A stretch of DNA of 63,575 nt, filler included, from Chiloscyllium plagiosum (GCF_004010195.1; 5 parts of one record of this genome joined end to end with filler, not necessarily neighbours in it), one strand, 5' to 3'; shown: positions 1-13,280, numbered from the whole stretch's first letter. The notes: generated from the sequence alone by a model not told the origin. Numbers and translations are program-made.

Positions 1-269
1 GACTCAGCACCGCCTTTTTGACCTGCAATCTCCTTCCCGACCTCTCCGCCCCTACCCCCTCTCCGGCCTATCACCTTCACCTTGACCTCCTTCCACCTAT
101 CGCATTCCCAACGCCCCTCCCCCAAGTCCCTCCTCCCTACCTTTTATCTTAGCCTGCTTGGCACACCTTCCTCATTGCTGAAGAAGGGCTTATGCCTGAA
201 ACATCGATTCTCCTGCTCCTTGGATGCTGCCTGACCTGCTGCGCTTTTCCAGCACCACATTTTTCAGCA
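1..269 (+). mobile_element. Penelope-like element 3' terminal (pLTR) fragment with degenerate hammerhead motif
   Basis: C/T-rich tract, then CTGAAGAAGGGCTTATGCCTGAAACATCG...GATGCTGCCTGACCTGCTGCGCTTTTCCAGCA; the same repeat lies downstream of the GIY-YIG remnant at 19.5-20 kb. Confidence 0.8.
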
Positions 270-604
270 TCAGAGGTCAGATCAGTTCTCCTGCGTGTGA
301 ATCCAAGGAACGCGATGGGACCTGATGGAGAACTAGACTGTGCACTCAGAGCATGCTCAGATCAACTGGCAGAGGTCTTCTCAGATATCTTCAAGCTCTC
401 CCTGCAGCAGGCTACTGTCCCTGCCTGTTTCAAGAGGGCCAACATCATCCCTGTGCCTAAGAAGGCTCATGCAGCATGTCTCAATGACTACTGTCCAGTG
501 GCCCTAACTTCAGTGGTCATGAAGTGCTTTGAAAGGTTGGTCATGGCACTAATCAACTCCAGCCTCCCCACTACTCTTGACCCACTCCAATTTGCCTATC
601 AGAA
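270..604 (+). mobile_element. Rex1/Babar-type non-LTR retrotransposon RT fragment
   Basis: Translation VNPRNAMGPDG...DQLAEVFSDIFKLSLQQATVPACFKRANIIPVPKK..CLNDYCPVALTSVVMKCFERLV..LDPLQFAY. Confidence 0.85.
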
Positions 605-671
605 GTGAGAGGGGCAAGATTTAAAGAGACCCAAGGTGCAACTTCTTCATGCAGAGCATGGTGCATGTATG

Positions 672-3575
672 AGTCAGAGAGTCATAGAGATGTACAGCAT
701 GGAAGCAGACCCTTCGGTCCAACACGTCCATGCTGACCAGAACTCCCAACCCAATCTAGTCCCACCTGCCAGCACCTGGCCCATATCTCTCCAAACCCTT
801 CCTATTCATATACCCATCCAAATGCCTTTTAAATGTTGCAATTGTACCAGCCTCCACCACTTCCTCTGGCAGCTCAGTCCATACACGTACCACCATCTGC
901 GTGAAAAAGTTGTCCCTTAGGTCTCTTTTATATCTTTCCCGTCTCACCCTAAACCTATGCCGTCTAGTTCTGGATTCCCTGACCCCATGGATATTTACCC
1001 TATCCATGTCCCACATAAATTTGTAAACCTCAGTAAGGTCACCCCTCAGCCTCCGACGCGCCAGGGAAAACAGCCCCAGCCTGTTCATCCTCTCCTTATA
1101 GTTCAAATCCTTCAACCCTGGCAACATCCTTGTAAATCTTTTCTGAACCCTTTTAAGTTTGACAACATCTTTCCGATAGGAAGGAGACCAGAATTGCACG
1201 CAATCTTCCAAAGGTTGCCATAGGAAGGAGACCAGAATTGCACGCAATCTTCCAAAGGTTGCCTAACCAATGTCCTGTACAGCTGCAACATGACCTCCGA
1301 ACTCCTGTACTCAATACTCTGACCAATAAAGGAAAGCAAACCAAACTCCTTCTTCACTATCCTATCTACCTGTGACTCCATTTTCAATGAGCTATGAACC
1401 TGCACTCCAAGGTCTCTTTGTTCAGCAACACTCCCTAGGACCTTACCATTAAGTGTATAAGTCCTGCTAAGATTTGCTTTCCCAAAATGCAGCACCTCGC
1501 ATTTATCTGAATTAAACTCCATCTGTCACCTCTCAGCCCATTCGCCCTGCTGATCAAGATCCTGTTGTAATCTGAGGTAACCTTCTTCGCTGTCCACTAC
1601 ACCTCCAATTTTGTTGTCATCTGCAAACATACTAATCATACCTCTTATGCTCGCATTCAAATCATTAATATAAATGACAAAAAGTAGAGGACCCGGCACC
1701 AATCCTTGTGGCACTACACTGGTCACAGGCCTCCAGTCAGAAAAACAACACTCCACCATCACCCTCTGTTTTCTACCTTTGAGCCAGTTCTGTATCCAAA
1801 TGGCTAGTTCTCCCTGTATTCCATGAGACCTAACCTTGCTAACCAGTCTCCCATGGGAACCTTATCGAACGCCTTACTGAAGTCCATATAGATCACATCA
1901 ACCGCTCTGCCCTCATCAGTCCACTTTGTTACTTCTTCAACACTCACTCAAGTTTGTGAGACATAATTTCCCATGCACAAAGCCATGTTGACTATCCGTA
2001 ATCAGTCCTTGCCTTTTCAAATACATGTACATCCTGTCCCTCAGGATTCTGTCCAACAACTTGCCCACCACCGCGTCAGGCTCATCGGTCTATAGTTCCC
2101 TGGCTTGTTCTTACCACCCTTCTTAAACAGTGGCACCAAGTTAGCCAACCTCCGGTCTTCTGGAACCTCACCTGTGACTATCGATGATCCAAATATCTCA
2201 GCAAGAGGCCCAGCAATCACTTCTCTAGCTTCCCACAGAGTTCTAGGGTACACCTGATCAGGTCCTGGGGATTTCTCCACCTTTATGCGTTTCAAAACAT
2301 TCAGCACTTCCTCCTCTGTAATATGGACATTTTACAAGGTGTTCCCATCTATTTCTCTACATTATATATCTTCCATATCCTTTTCCACAGTAAATACTGA
2401 TGCAAAATACTCGTTTAGAATCTCCCCCATTTTCTGCGGCTCCACACAAAGGCCGCCTTGCTGATCTTTGAGGGGCCCTATTCTCTCCCTAGTTACACTT
2501 TTGTCCTTAATNNNNNNNNNNNNNNNNNNNNNNNNNNNNNNNNNNNNNNNNNNNNNNNNNNNNNNNNNNNNNNNNNNNNNNNNNNNNNNNNNNNNNNNNN
2601 NNNNNNNNNNNNNNNNNNNNNNNNNNNNNNNNNNNNNNNNNNNNNNNNNNNNNNNNNNNNNNNNNNNNNNNNNNNNNNNNNNNNNNNNNNNNNNNNNNNN
2701 NNNNNNNNNNNNNNNNNNNNNNNNNNNNNNNNNNNNNNNNNNNNNNNNNNNNNNNNNNNNNNNNNNNNNNNNNNNNNNNNNNNNNNNNNNNNNNNNNNNN
2801 NNNNNNNNNNNNNNNNNNNNNNNNNNNNNNNNNNNNNNNNNNNNNNNNNNNNNNNNNNNNNNNNNNNNNNNNNNNNNNNNNNNNNNNNNNNNNNNNNNNN
2901 NNNNNNNNNNNNNNNNNNNNNNNNNNNNNNNNNNNNNNNNNNNNNNNNNNNNNNNNNNNNNNNNNNNNNNNNNNNNNNNNNNNNNNNNNNNNNNNNNNNN
3001 NNNNNNNNNNNNNNNNNNNNNNNNNNNNNNNNNNNNNNNNNNNNNNNNNNNNNNNNNNNNNNNNNNNNNNNNNNNNNNNNNNNNNNNNNNNNNNNNNNNN
3101 NNNNNNNNNNNNNNNNNNNNNNNNNNNNNNNNNNNNNNNNNNNNNNNNNNNNNNNNNNNNNNNNNNNNNNNNNNNNNNNNNNNNNNNNNNNNNNNNNNNN
3201 NNNNNNNNNNNNNNNNNNNNNNNNNNNNNNNNNNNNNNNNNNNNNNNNNNNNNNNNNNNNNNNNNNGCTATCCCTTATCAAAAATGTCACTCCCCCTTCT
3301 ATCTTGCCTCCCTTTCGATCCTTCCTGTAAGATTTGTATCCTGGAACATTAAGCTGCCAGTCCTGCTCATCCCTGAGCCATGTTTCTGTTAATTGCTATG
3401 ATATCCCAGTCCCATGTTCCTAACCATGCCCTGAGTTCATCTGCCTTCCCTGTTAGGCCCCTTGCATTGAAATAAATGCAGTTTAATTTATTAGTCCTAC
3501 CTTGTCCCTGTCTGCCCTGACTGTTTGACGCACTTCTGTTCTCAACTGTACCCGTCTCAGATCGATCTCTTTCCG
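672..3575 (-). mobile_element. CR1-clade (HER1-like) LINE, ORF2 RT and 3' tail, spanning the N-gap; frameshifted
   Basis: Minus-strand ORFs KSPGPDQVYPR, WRPVTSVVPQGLVPGPLLFVIYINDL..FADD, LEDCVQFWSP..RLRGDL; (CTATGACT)-type tail near 672-690; endonuclease N-terminus resumes at 3267-3575. Confidence 0.92.
2512..3266. other. Assembly gap (N run)
   Basis: Run of N; the poly-X ORFs across it are artefacts. Confidence 0.99.
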
Positions 3576-3579
3576 TCTA

Positions 3580-4740
3580 TACGAGAATAATGTCCTTCCT
3601 GAGGTCAGGAGATCAAACTGCACGCAGTACTCCAGATGCAGTTTAATCAGGTTTCCACACAGCTGAAGCAAGACCTCAAATTCCTGAACTCAAATTCTCT
3701 TGTGATAAAGCCTAACACACTATTAGCCTTCCTAGTGGATTGCTGCACTTGCATGTTAACCTTTAGTGACATATTGATAACGACATCTCGCTCCCTTTAC
3801 ATCTTGACTTTCTAACCTCTCACGATTTAAGAAATGCACGTCATTTATGTTCATCTTGCCAAAATGGATAACCTCACATTTTTCCACTTACATTTCATTT
3901 GACATGTTATTGGCCATCCACTATGTCTTTGCAAATCCTGCTGCAGCTGTTTCGCATCTTCCTCTCAATACACATTCCTACTTAAATTCATGGATATTTT
4001 ACAATCAACCAATTCAGAGATGTTATGACATATCGCTGGTGCAGGGTGTTCTCGAACCTGGGCCCTTTAACTACACTACCACTCCGTCACAAAACACCAA
4101 CTCCCACCCCAGTTTAGCTTTGTTTTACCTACAAATTTGGAAATATTACATTTGCTCCCCACATCCAAACATATAGTGAACAGCTTGGAGCCCAGATATT
4201 GAAACATGCAGTACCCCACTAATCACCACACGCCAATGCGAGAATTACTCATTCATTCCTACTCTGTTTCCTACCTGTTAGCTAATCCTTAATCCATCCC
4301 AGGCCATTACCTCCTGTTCTAAGGGCTTTAATTTTGCTAACCAATCTCCTATGGAGGACCTTGCCAACAACCATCAGAAAATCCAGGTGTACTACGTCCA
4401 TCGATCCCCTTTATCAATTTTGTTCGTAACATAATGAAAAGAACTTCTACAAGCTGATCAACCTGTGTTCCCATTTACAAATCTATGCTGACAATGTCCA
4501 AACAGATCATTTTCATCCAAGTCTCTATTTAATAATAGATTCTAGCATTTTCCTGTGACTGATGTGAGGCTGAAGATTGACATGCATGTAATTTTCCATT
4601 TTCTTCCCTGCTCCCTTCTTAAATAGTGGGGTGATATTTGATGGCTTTCAATCTGCAAGAATCATCCCAGAATTTATAGCATTTTGGGAAACGATCACCA
4701 ATGCAGCGACTATATCTATAGCCACTTCCTAGCATACGTG
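3580..4740 (-). mobile_element. Old, degraded CR1 LINE ORF2 fragment
   Basis: LHLEYCVQF motif and degenerate similarity to the other CR1 copies. Confidence 0.7.
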
Positions 4741-4749
4741 TTCCGCAGG

Positions 4750-5685
4750 TAATGTGAAAGGCAATTAAATGTTTGGCTTTATTTCAGAGGGAAGGGCATA
4801 TAAAATTAGAGAAGTTTTTCTAAAACTACAAGGCATTATTTAGATCTTATCAGGACTACTATGAATAGTTTTGTTCTCCTTAACAAACAAAAGATGTACT
4901 GAAGGAGTAAATTACTGCAGATGCTGGAATCTGCACTGAAAACAAAAATGCTGGAAATCACAGTGAGTCAGGCAGCATCCATTCAGAGAGAGCAAGTAAC
5001 ATTTCAAGTCTAGATGACTCTTCATCAGAGCTCTTCACCAGGTCAAATGAAGCGAGATGTAGACTCGAAACGTCAGCTTGCTCTCTTTCCATGGATGCTC
5101 TGATGAAGAGTCTTGAAATTTTAGTTTGCTGTCTCCCCACATATGTTGTCTGGCCCGCCATGATTTTCAGCATTTTAATTTTCAAAAGATATACTGAGGC
5201 AGTGCAGAGATTGATTGATCCCAGGTATGAAGGGATTGTTTTGTAAGAAGAGATTGAGTAGGTTGGGCCTGTACTCTTTGGAGTTTAGAACAATGAGAGG
5301 CGACTCCCTTGAAACATACAAGATTCCTCGGGGACTTGAGTGGACAGATGTGAAAAGATTGTCTTCCTTGTGTGGCAGCGTCTAGGACCAGAGGGCAAGA
5401 TATCAGAGTAAGAGATTGCCCATTTAAACATAGATGAGGAGAAATTCCCTTGCTTTAAGAGTGGTGAATTTGTGATTTTTTTTTACGGCAGATGGTTGTT
5501 GAGGCAGACCTGTTAAGTATACTCAGAGCTTAGATAAACACTTTTAATCAGTAAGGGAATCGAGTGTTATGGGGAGGAGTCAGAAAAGTGGAGATGAGGA
5601 TTATCAAATCAGTATGATCTTATTGAATGGCACAGCAGACTCAATAAGCTGAAAGACCAGCTACTGCTCCTACATCTTGAGATCT
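4750..5685 (+). mobile_element. Old CR1 3' fragment interrupted by a PLE-derived fold-back element
   Basis: GGAGTTTAGAACAATGAGAGGCGACTCCCTTGAAACATACAAG... ending in a CR1-type 3' UTR and tail. Confidence 0.7.
4902..5185. mobile_element. PLE-derived inverted (fold-back) short element with three hammerhead-like cores
   Basis: Arms AAAATGCTGGAAATCACAG... and ...CATGATTTTCAGCATTTT; cores at 4998-5028(-), ~5047-5074(+), ~5100-5120(+). Confidence 0.7.
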
Positions 5686-5689
5686 TATG

Positions 5690-6120
5690 GTTTCCGGCAA
5701 CACTCTGGAATGTGGATGATCAAGTTCCAGACATCTATCAACTTTCAGTCCCACTAAAGTTTCAATTAAAGCCTTTCTAGAAATACTAATTTTCTTCAGC
5801 TCTTCATTCACCCTCGCCACTTGGATCTTCAGTTCTTGGAGATTTATGTAATCTTCCATTAGTGAAAACAGACACAATGTTATGATGTAGTTTCTCTACC
5901 ATTCCTATATTTCCCTTTATTAATTGTTCTGATTTTCCTTGTAATGGACCTACAGTCATCTGAGACAAACATTTCCTTTTTACATACCTGAAGAAGCTTT
6001 TACAGGCCATTTTTGTGATCTTTAGTAGATTGCATTCATATTTTATTGTCCCATTTTCTCAATGGTTTCTTGGTTCTCATTTTCTGTATTCTAAAATCCT
6101 CCCAACCTCAAATTTCCCTT
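5690..6120 (-). mobile_element. Old CR1 ORF2 fragment (endonuclease-RT linker region)
   Basis: Minus ORFs KSFFRYVKRK..VGPLQ and LVGLKVDRCLELDHPHSRVL. Confidence 0.7.
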
Positions 6121-6445
6121 GAGATTAGATTACTAATTTAGATTAGATGTACATTACTTACAGTGTGGAAACAGGCCTTTCGGCCCAACAAGTCCAAACC
6201 GACTCGCAACCCACCCAGACCCATTCCCCTACATTTACCCCTTCACCTAACACTACGGGCAATTTAGCATGGCCAATTCACCTAACCTGCACATTTTTGG
6301 ATTGTGGGAGGAATCCGGAGCACCCAGAGGAAACCCACGAAGACACGAGGAGAATGTGCAAACTTCACAGAGATCACCTGAGGCAGGAATTGAACCTGGA
6401 TCTCTGGCACTGTGAGGCAGCAGTGCTAACCACTGTGCCACCACA
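6121..6445 (-). mobile_element. tRNA-derived SINE (HE1/V-SINE-like)
   Basis: A box TGGCACAGTGG, B box GGTTCAATTCC, central TGCGTGGGTTTCCTC-like domain, (TCTAA)n tail. Confidence 0.9.
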
Positions 6446-6454
6446 TTCCTTGAC

Positions 6455-6580
6455 TTAAGGAAGTGAGGTCTGCAGATGCTGGAGATCAGAGTCGAAGAGT
6501 ATGGTGCTGGAAAAGCACAGCCAGTCAGCATCTGAGGAGCAGGAGAGTCAATGTTTCAGGCATAAGCTCTTCATCAGGAA
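6455..6580 (-). mobile_element. PLE-derived short element with hammerhead core
   Basis: Minus strand TTCCTGATGAAGAGCTTATGCCTGAAACATTGAC. Confidence 0.75.
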
Positions 6581-6929
6581 GATAAAGTCAAGCCCTTGAG
6601 CCCAGCATGGCCAAAAACTTATGGACTGTGGTGTTGAACTGTTAATTGTGTTTATTTTTTTTCAACTTTTTTTAGTAAGCAGGACTGTAATGTTTAACTT
6701 TTTAATTTTGTTTCTTATTTTTCTGCTTTGTACCTAAGATTCTGTACCTAAGATGGCGCCGTAAGTGTAAATCTTTCACTGTACTCGTGTAAGTACAATA
6801 AACTTAATTCTAACTCTAAAATAGTTATCCAAAACAAATCAGTTCAAATTGCTTTAATAATACTCTGTATCACAAAATTCTCAATTTAATTCATAGTCCA
6901 AACTTGAACACAAAAAGACCAACTGATGT

Positions 6930-7252
6930 TGAAGTGCTGAAAAAGGAGTGCTGTACTTTCCTTTGGATGAGATGTTAAACTGAGGCCCATATCTGTTAAG
7001 GTATTTGTAAAAGGGATTAAAGTAGGGAGTCTTCTTTGCTGTCCTGATGAATATTTATCCTTCCATTAACATCAACAGATTTTCTGGCAATTATCATATT
7101 GCTATTATGAGGGCAAATTGATTGTTGCATTTCAACGTTACAACATGAAACTCCAACACTGACTGCACTTCAGATGTAGTTAACGGGCTATAAATTGCTC
7201 CAAGGTGAATAGTGCTTTCAAAAGCTTTATATAAATGCATGTCTTTCTTTCT
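6930..7252 (+). mobile_element. Ancient Deu-domain SINE (SacSINE1/AmnSINE-like)
   Basis: CTTTGGATGAGATGTTAAACTGAGGCCC ... AATATTTATCCTTC ... TATATAAATGCATGTCTTTCTTTC. Confidence 0.65.
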
Positions 7253-7587
7253 GTTTACCTATTTGAAAAGCTACAAGTAGGCTGATTCAATTTTGTTTTT
7301 GGGTCACTTGGAATGTAGCATAAGTACAAATATCCATAAGATATGATTCCAAAACATTTCCATCTCGTTTCTAAGAAGGTTTGGTCATATACCATAACAT
7401 TTACAAGTAGTGAACAAATTAAACTCCTATGTCCAAACTCGACTGTCTTAATGAAGTCAATTTTGAATCTCCCAGAAATATTGTCACCATTTTGGAAGCA
7501 GGCACATTTCAGACCATTCCATATGGACTTGCAAACATTTGTCAAAATAATTACAGGCAGATACTTGCTTCTCACACTTATTATAAC

Positions 7588-7810
7588 CAAAGTTAAAAAT
7601 CACACACCAGTTTATAGTCCAACAGGTTTATTTGGAAGTACTAGCTTTCAGAGCACTGCTCCTTCATCAAGGAGCTATCTGATAAAAGAGCAGTGCTCCG
7701 AAAGTTAGTACTTCCTAATACTGTAAACGTGTTGGACTATAACCTGATGTTGTGTGATTTTTAACTTTCTCCACCCCCCCAGTCTAACACAGGTACCTCT
7801 ACATCATGGC
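7588..7810. mobile_element. PLE-derived fold-back element with divergent hammerhead cores
   Basis: AAAGTTAAAAATCACAC... and ...GTGTGATTTTTAACTTT inverted arms; cores 7640-7670(-) and 7679-7710(+). Confidence 0.8.
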
Positions 7811-7869
7811 TACTAAAACAAGACTGATGGTAATATATTATATAATAGCAATAAAGTGATATAATTATT

Positions 7870-9715
7870 TAAGACCATAGGAGTGGAAGTCAGGCCATTC
7901 AGCCCATCAAGTCCATTCCACCATTCAATCATGGCTGATAGGCATTTCAACACCACTTACCCACACTCTCCCTGTATCCCTTAATTCCTTGCGAAATCAA
8001 GAATTTATCAATCTCTGCCTTGAAGACGTTTAACGTCCCAGCCTCCACTGTGCTCCGTGGCAATGAATTCCACAGGCCCACCACTCTGGCTGAAGAAATG
8101 TCTCCTCATTTCCATTTTGAATTGATTCCCCCCACCAATTCTAAGGTTTTGCCCACAGGTCTTAGTATCCCCGCCTGACGGAAACAACCTCCCAGCATCC
8201 ACCCTTTCTAAGCCATGCGTTATCTTTTAAATTTCTAATAGATCTCCCCTCAACCTTCTAAACTCTAATGAATACAATCCCACGATCCTTAGCCGTTCAT
8301 CGCATGTTAAGTCTATCATTCCAGGGATCATCCGTGTGAATCTCTGCTGGATACACTCCAGTGCCAGTTATGTCCTTCCTGAGGTGTGAGGCCCAAAACT
8401 GGACACAGTGTTTTAAATGGGGACTAACCAGAGCTTTATAAAGTCTTAGTAGCACATCGCTGCTTTTACATTCCAACCCTCTTGAGATAAATGACATTAC
8501 ATTTGCTTTCTTAACCACAGACTCAACCTGCAAGTCAACCTTTAGAGAATCCTGGATTAGCACTCCCAGATCCCTTTGTACTTTGGCTTTATGAATTTTC
8601 TCACTGTTTACAAAATAGTCCATCCCTGTATTCTTTTTTCCAAAGTGTAGTGCAAAACCTTGCATTTGCTCACATTGAATTTCATCAGCCATTTCTTGGA
8701 CCATTCTCCTAAACTGTCTTAATCATTCTGCAGCCTCCCCACCTCCTCAGAACTACCTGCCTGTCCAACCAACTTTGTATCAGAGACAAACTTCACCAGA
8801 ATGCCCCCAGTCCCTTCATCCAGATCATTAACAGAAAAAGTGAACAGCTGCAGTCCCAACACTGAACTCTGCGGGACACCACTTATTACCAGCTACCATT
8901 GTGAAAAAGAACATTTTATCCCAACTCTCTGCCTTCTCTCAGACAGCCAATCCTCAATCCATGCCAGTAGCTCACCTCAAACACGATGGGCCCTCACCTT
9001 ACTCAGCAGCCTCCCATGAGGCACCTTATCAAAGGCCTTTTGGAAGTCTACGTAGATAACATCCACTGGGTTTCCCTGATCTAACCTACTTGTTACCTCT
9101 TCAAAGAATTCTAACAGGTTTATCAAGCACGACCTCCCCTTACTAAATCCATGCTGACTTGTTCTAACCTGACCCTGCACTTCCAAGAATTTAGAAATCT
9201 CATCCTAACAATGGATTCCAGAATTTTACCGACAACCGAGGTTAGGCTAATCAGCCTATAATTTTCCATCTTTTGTCTTGATCCTTTCTTGAACAAGGGG
9301 GTTACAACAGCAATTTTCCAATCACCTGGGAGTTTTCCTGACTCCAGTGATTTTTGAAAGATTAAAACCAACGTCTCCGCTACTTCTTCAGCCACCTCCC
9401 CAGAACTCTAGGATGTAGCTCATCTGGGCCAGGAGATTTAGCAATTTTTAGACCTTTTAACTTTTCTAGCACATTCTCTTTTGTAATGGCTACCATACTG
9501 AACTCTGCCCCTTGACTCTCCTTAATTGTTGGAATATTACTCGTGTCTTCCATGGTGAAGACTGACACAAAGTATTTATTAAGTTCTTCAGCTAGTTCCT
9601 TATTTCCCATTCACAAGCCTTCCTGCATCAATTTGGAGCGACCCAATCTCTACTTTTGCCCCTCGTTTGTTTCTTATGTATTGAAAGAAACTTTTACTAT
9701 CATTTCTAATATTAC
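7870..9715 (-). mobile_element. CR1 LINE ORF2 (second subfamily), frameshifted
   Basis: KSPGPDELHPRVL, QHGFSKGRSCLINLLEFFEEVT..DVIYVDFQKAFDKVPH, LYKALVSPHL. Confidence 0.92.
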
Positions 9716-9787
9716 TGGAAATGTGTTGCTGGAAAAGCGCAGGTCAGGCAGCATCCAGGGAACAGGAGAATCGACGTTTCGGGCATA
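9716..9787 (-). mobile_element. PLE terminal fragment cut by gap (3' half of hammerhead present)
   Basis: Minus strand ATGCCCGAAACGTCGATTCTCC. Confidence 0.75.
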
Positions 9788-9887
9788 NNNNNNNNNNNNN
9801 NNNNNNNNNNNNNNNNNNNNNNNNNNNNNNNTTAATTAATTAANNNNNNNNNNNNNNNNNNNNNNNNNNNNNNNNNNNNNNNNNNNN
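9788..9887. other. 100-bp scaffold gap with artificial TTAATTAATTAA linker (9832-9843)
   Basis: 44 N + 12-mer + 44 N; identical construct at three other sites. Confidence 0.95.
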
Positions 9888-10292
9888 GGAGGCTGAGGGG
9901 TGACCTTATAGAGGTTTACAAAATCATGAGGGGCATGGATAGGATAAATAGGCAAAGTCTTTTCCCTGGGGTGGGGGAGTCCAGAACTAGAGGGCATAGG
10001 TTTAGGGTGAGAGGGGAAAGATATAAAAAAGACCTACGGGCCAACTTTTTCACAGAGGGTGGTACGTGTATGGAATGAGCTGCCAGAGGAAGTGGTGGAG
10101 GCTGGTACAATTGCAACATTTAAGAGGCATTTGGATGGGTATATGAATAGGAAGGGTGTGGAGCAATATGGGCCGGGTGCTGACAGGTGGGACTAGATTG
10201 GGTTGGGATATCTGGTCGGCATGGACGGGTTGGACCGAAGGGTCTGTTTCCATGCTGTACATCTCTATGACTCTATAACTCTATGACTCTCT
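9888..10292 (+). mobile_element. Young CR1/HER1-like LINE 3' end
   Basis: GAGGCTGAGGGGTGACCTTATAGAGG...GGACCGAAGGGTCTGTTTCC...(CTATGACT)n. Confidence 0.92.
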
Positions 10293-11120
10293 AAATATCT
10301 GACAGGACAGTCAATAATGCAGCAGCAAAATACTGTTGATGTCAGTAATATGGAAGAAGTGCTGGAAATATAACTGCGACAAGAAGTCGTCAACCTGAAA
10401 CATTAACCCTGATTCTCTCCAGTTTACCATAGACATTTTCTGATCTACTGAGAGTTTCCAGCACAATCTGCTTTTTACTTTAGATCAGTCAACATCTGGG
10501 AATGGAACAAATTAAGTCTGAGGTGAGAACCCTTCATCAGGAGATTTCTCTGTTGTTGGTAGTAATTTGTTGTGACAATGTGAAGGCAGCTCTCATCTTC
10601 AGCTGGCAGTGCTGTGCACTCCCTGGGAGATGGTTTAATTGGGTGTTTGAAATGGAAAAATGCTCCACACCTCAGTGCTTGCATCCCTCACCTCTAGCAC
10701 GGCATTCATCATAAAAGGGAAAAACAAGTCGCAAGTCAATGCACGATGCATATTAAAGATAGCTAGTGGAATCACATAGGTGTATCACGGTGCTATCATT
10801 CTTTAATTGAAGTAGGGAGCACACTGACCCATTTGAGTGTGAGGATGATTTGGCCTCCTTTATTGATTAATTGTGTTTGTGCAGTGTGTTTTAAACACTA
10901 ACAATGAATGAGAAGAAAGCAACATTATTATCAGGCATTGTGATATTCCAGAGGAGTGTAAGTATGGCAGGAGAAGAATGTACAAGAGCTGCTAATAGAA
11001 TTTAGTGTTTAAAAGGGCAGTAAAATATTTTTGGGGCTATAAATAATACGATCAGTCTCAGGTGTTATGTTAAGCAGAATATTTAAGGCAATTTGGGTTT
11101 GAAGTAACAGAGAGAACAAT

Positions 11121-12824
11121 GGACTGAGTCGTACATTTTTGGCGAAGTATCTATCCTGTTGAGCTTCATGGGAGATTTCTCTTCCCAAGGCCTACAGAGT
11201 TTTCTCTTCACAGCTCACTAAACTTACCTGACCTGCACAGTCCCTGTCTGCCCTTCTTGTCCAATTCTAGTGCCATTCTACCACTCACTGTACCTGGAGC
11301 AACTTGCAACTGCCAGCATGTGTTAGAGTGGACCAGCATCCCAGGCGCCATTTTCAAAAAGGACCTTTGGATAAACACTGTTAGTTCAGAGCAGCCCTGT
11401 ATGGTTCCTGACATTTTCCCCAGACAAGGGAAAATTGGTGGAAGGAGTGGTGTGGGGGTGGCATGTTCTCTTCCTCAGGACTGGCAGTGGAGGCCACAAC
11501 ACCAGACCATACCAGGCTGGTCTGAGAGTGCCACTCAGATTTTGGTAGTCTAGACAAATATTAAACAACATAGGCGTACGGTCAATGCCCTTCTTCAGTC
11601 CTCTCGCTTTCCTACTCTCTGATAGCTCCCATCAGTCTATCTCTGCCACTGTCCCAACTTCATATCAAAGATCATTCTCCCCCAGTCTCACTGTTACCTG
11701 CAATACCTTCCCTCACCCACACCCACAAACTACAAACCCCTGACGTTTCTACCCTGCGGGCCCTCTATGTTTCCTATGCACTCAGGACACCTACCTGCTT
11801 GCACCACCCTTTTGCATCACATTTAAACCTGCTTGTCTTTTTTTTCCAGGAGGAAAACAGCCCACAGCAGGGCAGGAAGAGTCAAGAACACTTGTGTGCT
11901 GCCTGACATTTGGCTCCTCTGCCCTAATGAGAAAACGGTCCTTGTACTGATCCTCCTATGTAGGTGACTGAAGGCTCCAAATCCTTGGACCGTTGCGGTG
12001 ATGTCCTTAGCTTACTGTGACAGGATCCTCTGACCAAAGGCTTGTCGGAAGACTTTCCTGAGGCCAGCTGACAGCCATGATAAGCTTTTTGGCTTTGTGT
12101 TTGTACTACATGGCATGGCAAGGTAACAGTACTGTGAGTCTGGTTGAGGGGCAAGGTTGAGGGGCAAGACCTAAAAAGGCAAGGCAAAGCAGGGCATGCA
12201 TCTATGTTGGCTCAGAGTGATTGACTGTGAAGAGAGCAAGCGAACAGGTTGGAGATGAAGCCTGGTCCAGTCCATGAGTTGGGTGAGTGTCCCTGAGTGC
12301 ACAGTATCTTTGCTGCAGCATTATAGGTTGCCAGTGCTGTCAGAGTGCAGCATTGAAGTGTGCTGTAGGTGGATCAAAGATATGCCATATGGGTCCTCAG
12401 ATGTTGGCAAATGTCAGATATTAGTGTTTGCTGACCTGGATTATGTGTGACTGGTGCCCATGGACCATACCCTGAGTTGCTGGTGCCTTGTGTCCAATAT
12501 ATTGGTCTTTTAGAGTAAGCAGCTAGCTGAAGTCACCAGATACCGGCTTTGATTTCCATTCTGAGAATTTTTGGTGTCTGGTTTGCTTGCAGTATGTGGT
12601 ATGATAGAAAGCTGCATACTAATGAGGCAAGATTTGCGGTTAAGAAGCAATGATCCGCCTTCATAAGCAACTTGCACGAATCTTGCCTCAATGCCTGGAA
12701 CTTGGGTAAAAGATGCAGCAAATTCCTCCTGGAATTGAGATAGGCCATCGAGATATGGACTTCTCACACAATTCTGCCAAATTTTCGCCAGAGCCCACAT
12801 CCTTCAGCCCCGAAGATTCCGTCC
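11121..12824 (+). mobile_element. Degenerate PIF/Harbinger-like DNA transposon (Myb/SANT-like ORF remnant, no transposase seen)
   Basis: RPQHQTIPGWSESATQI..QHRRTVNALL-like segment, then acceptor TTTTTCCAG(11849) and KTAHSRAGRVKNTCVLPDIWLLCPNEKTVL; ends GGACTGAGTC / GATTCCGTCC; related to 33670-34585. Confidence 0.6.
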
Positions 12825-12972
12825 ATAGATTTTGTATAAATCTTTGAAAGTAAGAATAATATGAGAGAATTGGGTATTGGCAAATGAATAAGCCATGAAA
12901 CTATAGCACAATATTCTTAACTTGGTTGAAGGCAAACATCTAGAGATTAGTTTTCAGGTCCATGTTGCCCTT

Positions 12973-13280
12973 TGCAGCATGGTGGCTCAGTGGTTAGCGC
13001 TGCTGCCTCATGGCGCCAGGGACCCGGGTTCGATTCTAACCTCGGGCAACTGTCTGTGTGGAGTTTGCACATTCTCCCCGTGTCTACGTGGGTTTCCTCC
13101 GGTTTCCTCCCACAGTCACAAAGATGTGCAGGTCAGATGAATTGGCCATGCTAAATTGCCCATAGTGTTAGGTGCATTAGTCAGAGGGAAATGTGTCTGG
13201 GTGAGTTACTCTTCAGAGGGTCGGTGTGGACTGATTGGGTTGAAGGGCCTGTTTCCACATTGTAGGGAATCTAATCTAAT
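12973..13280 (+). mobile_element. tRNA-derived SINE (HE1-like)
   Basis: A/B boxes, central domain, TCTAA tail. Confidence 0.9.

Noticed and set aside
2458..3352. 265-294 aa ORFs
   Set aside because: Almost entirely N-gap (poly-X).
7255..7590. Overlapping 111-aa (-) and 121-aa (+) ORFs, the minus one ending at AG|GTAAAC
   Set aside because: No convincing acceptor, no recognisable protein, and the + ORF runs into a PLE repeat; probably chance.
9832..9843. TTAATTAATTAA palindrome as a regulatory site or repeat
   Set aside because: Centred in identical 100-bp gaps; an assembly linker.
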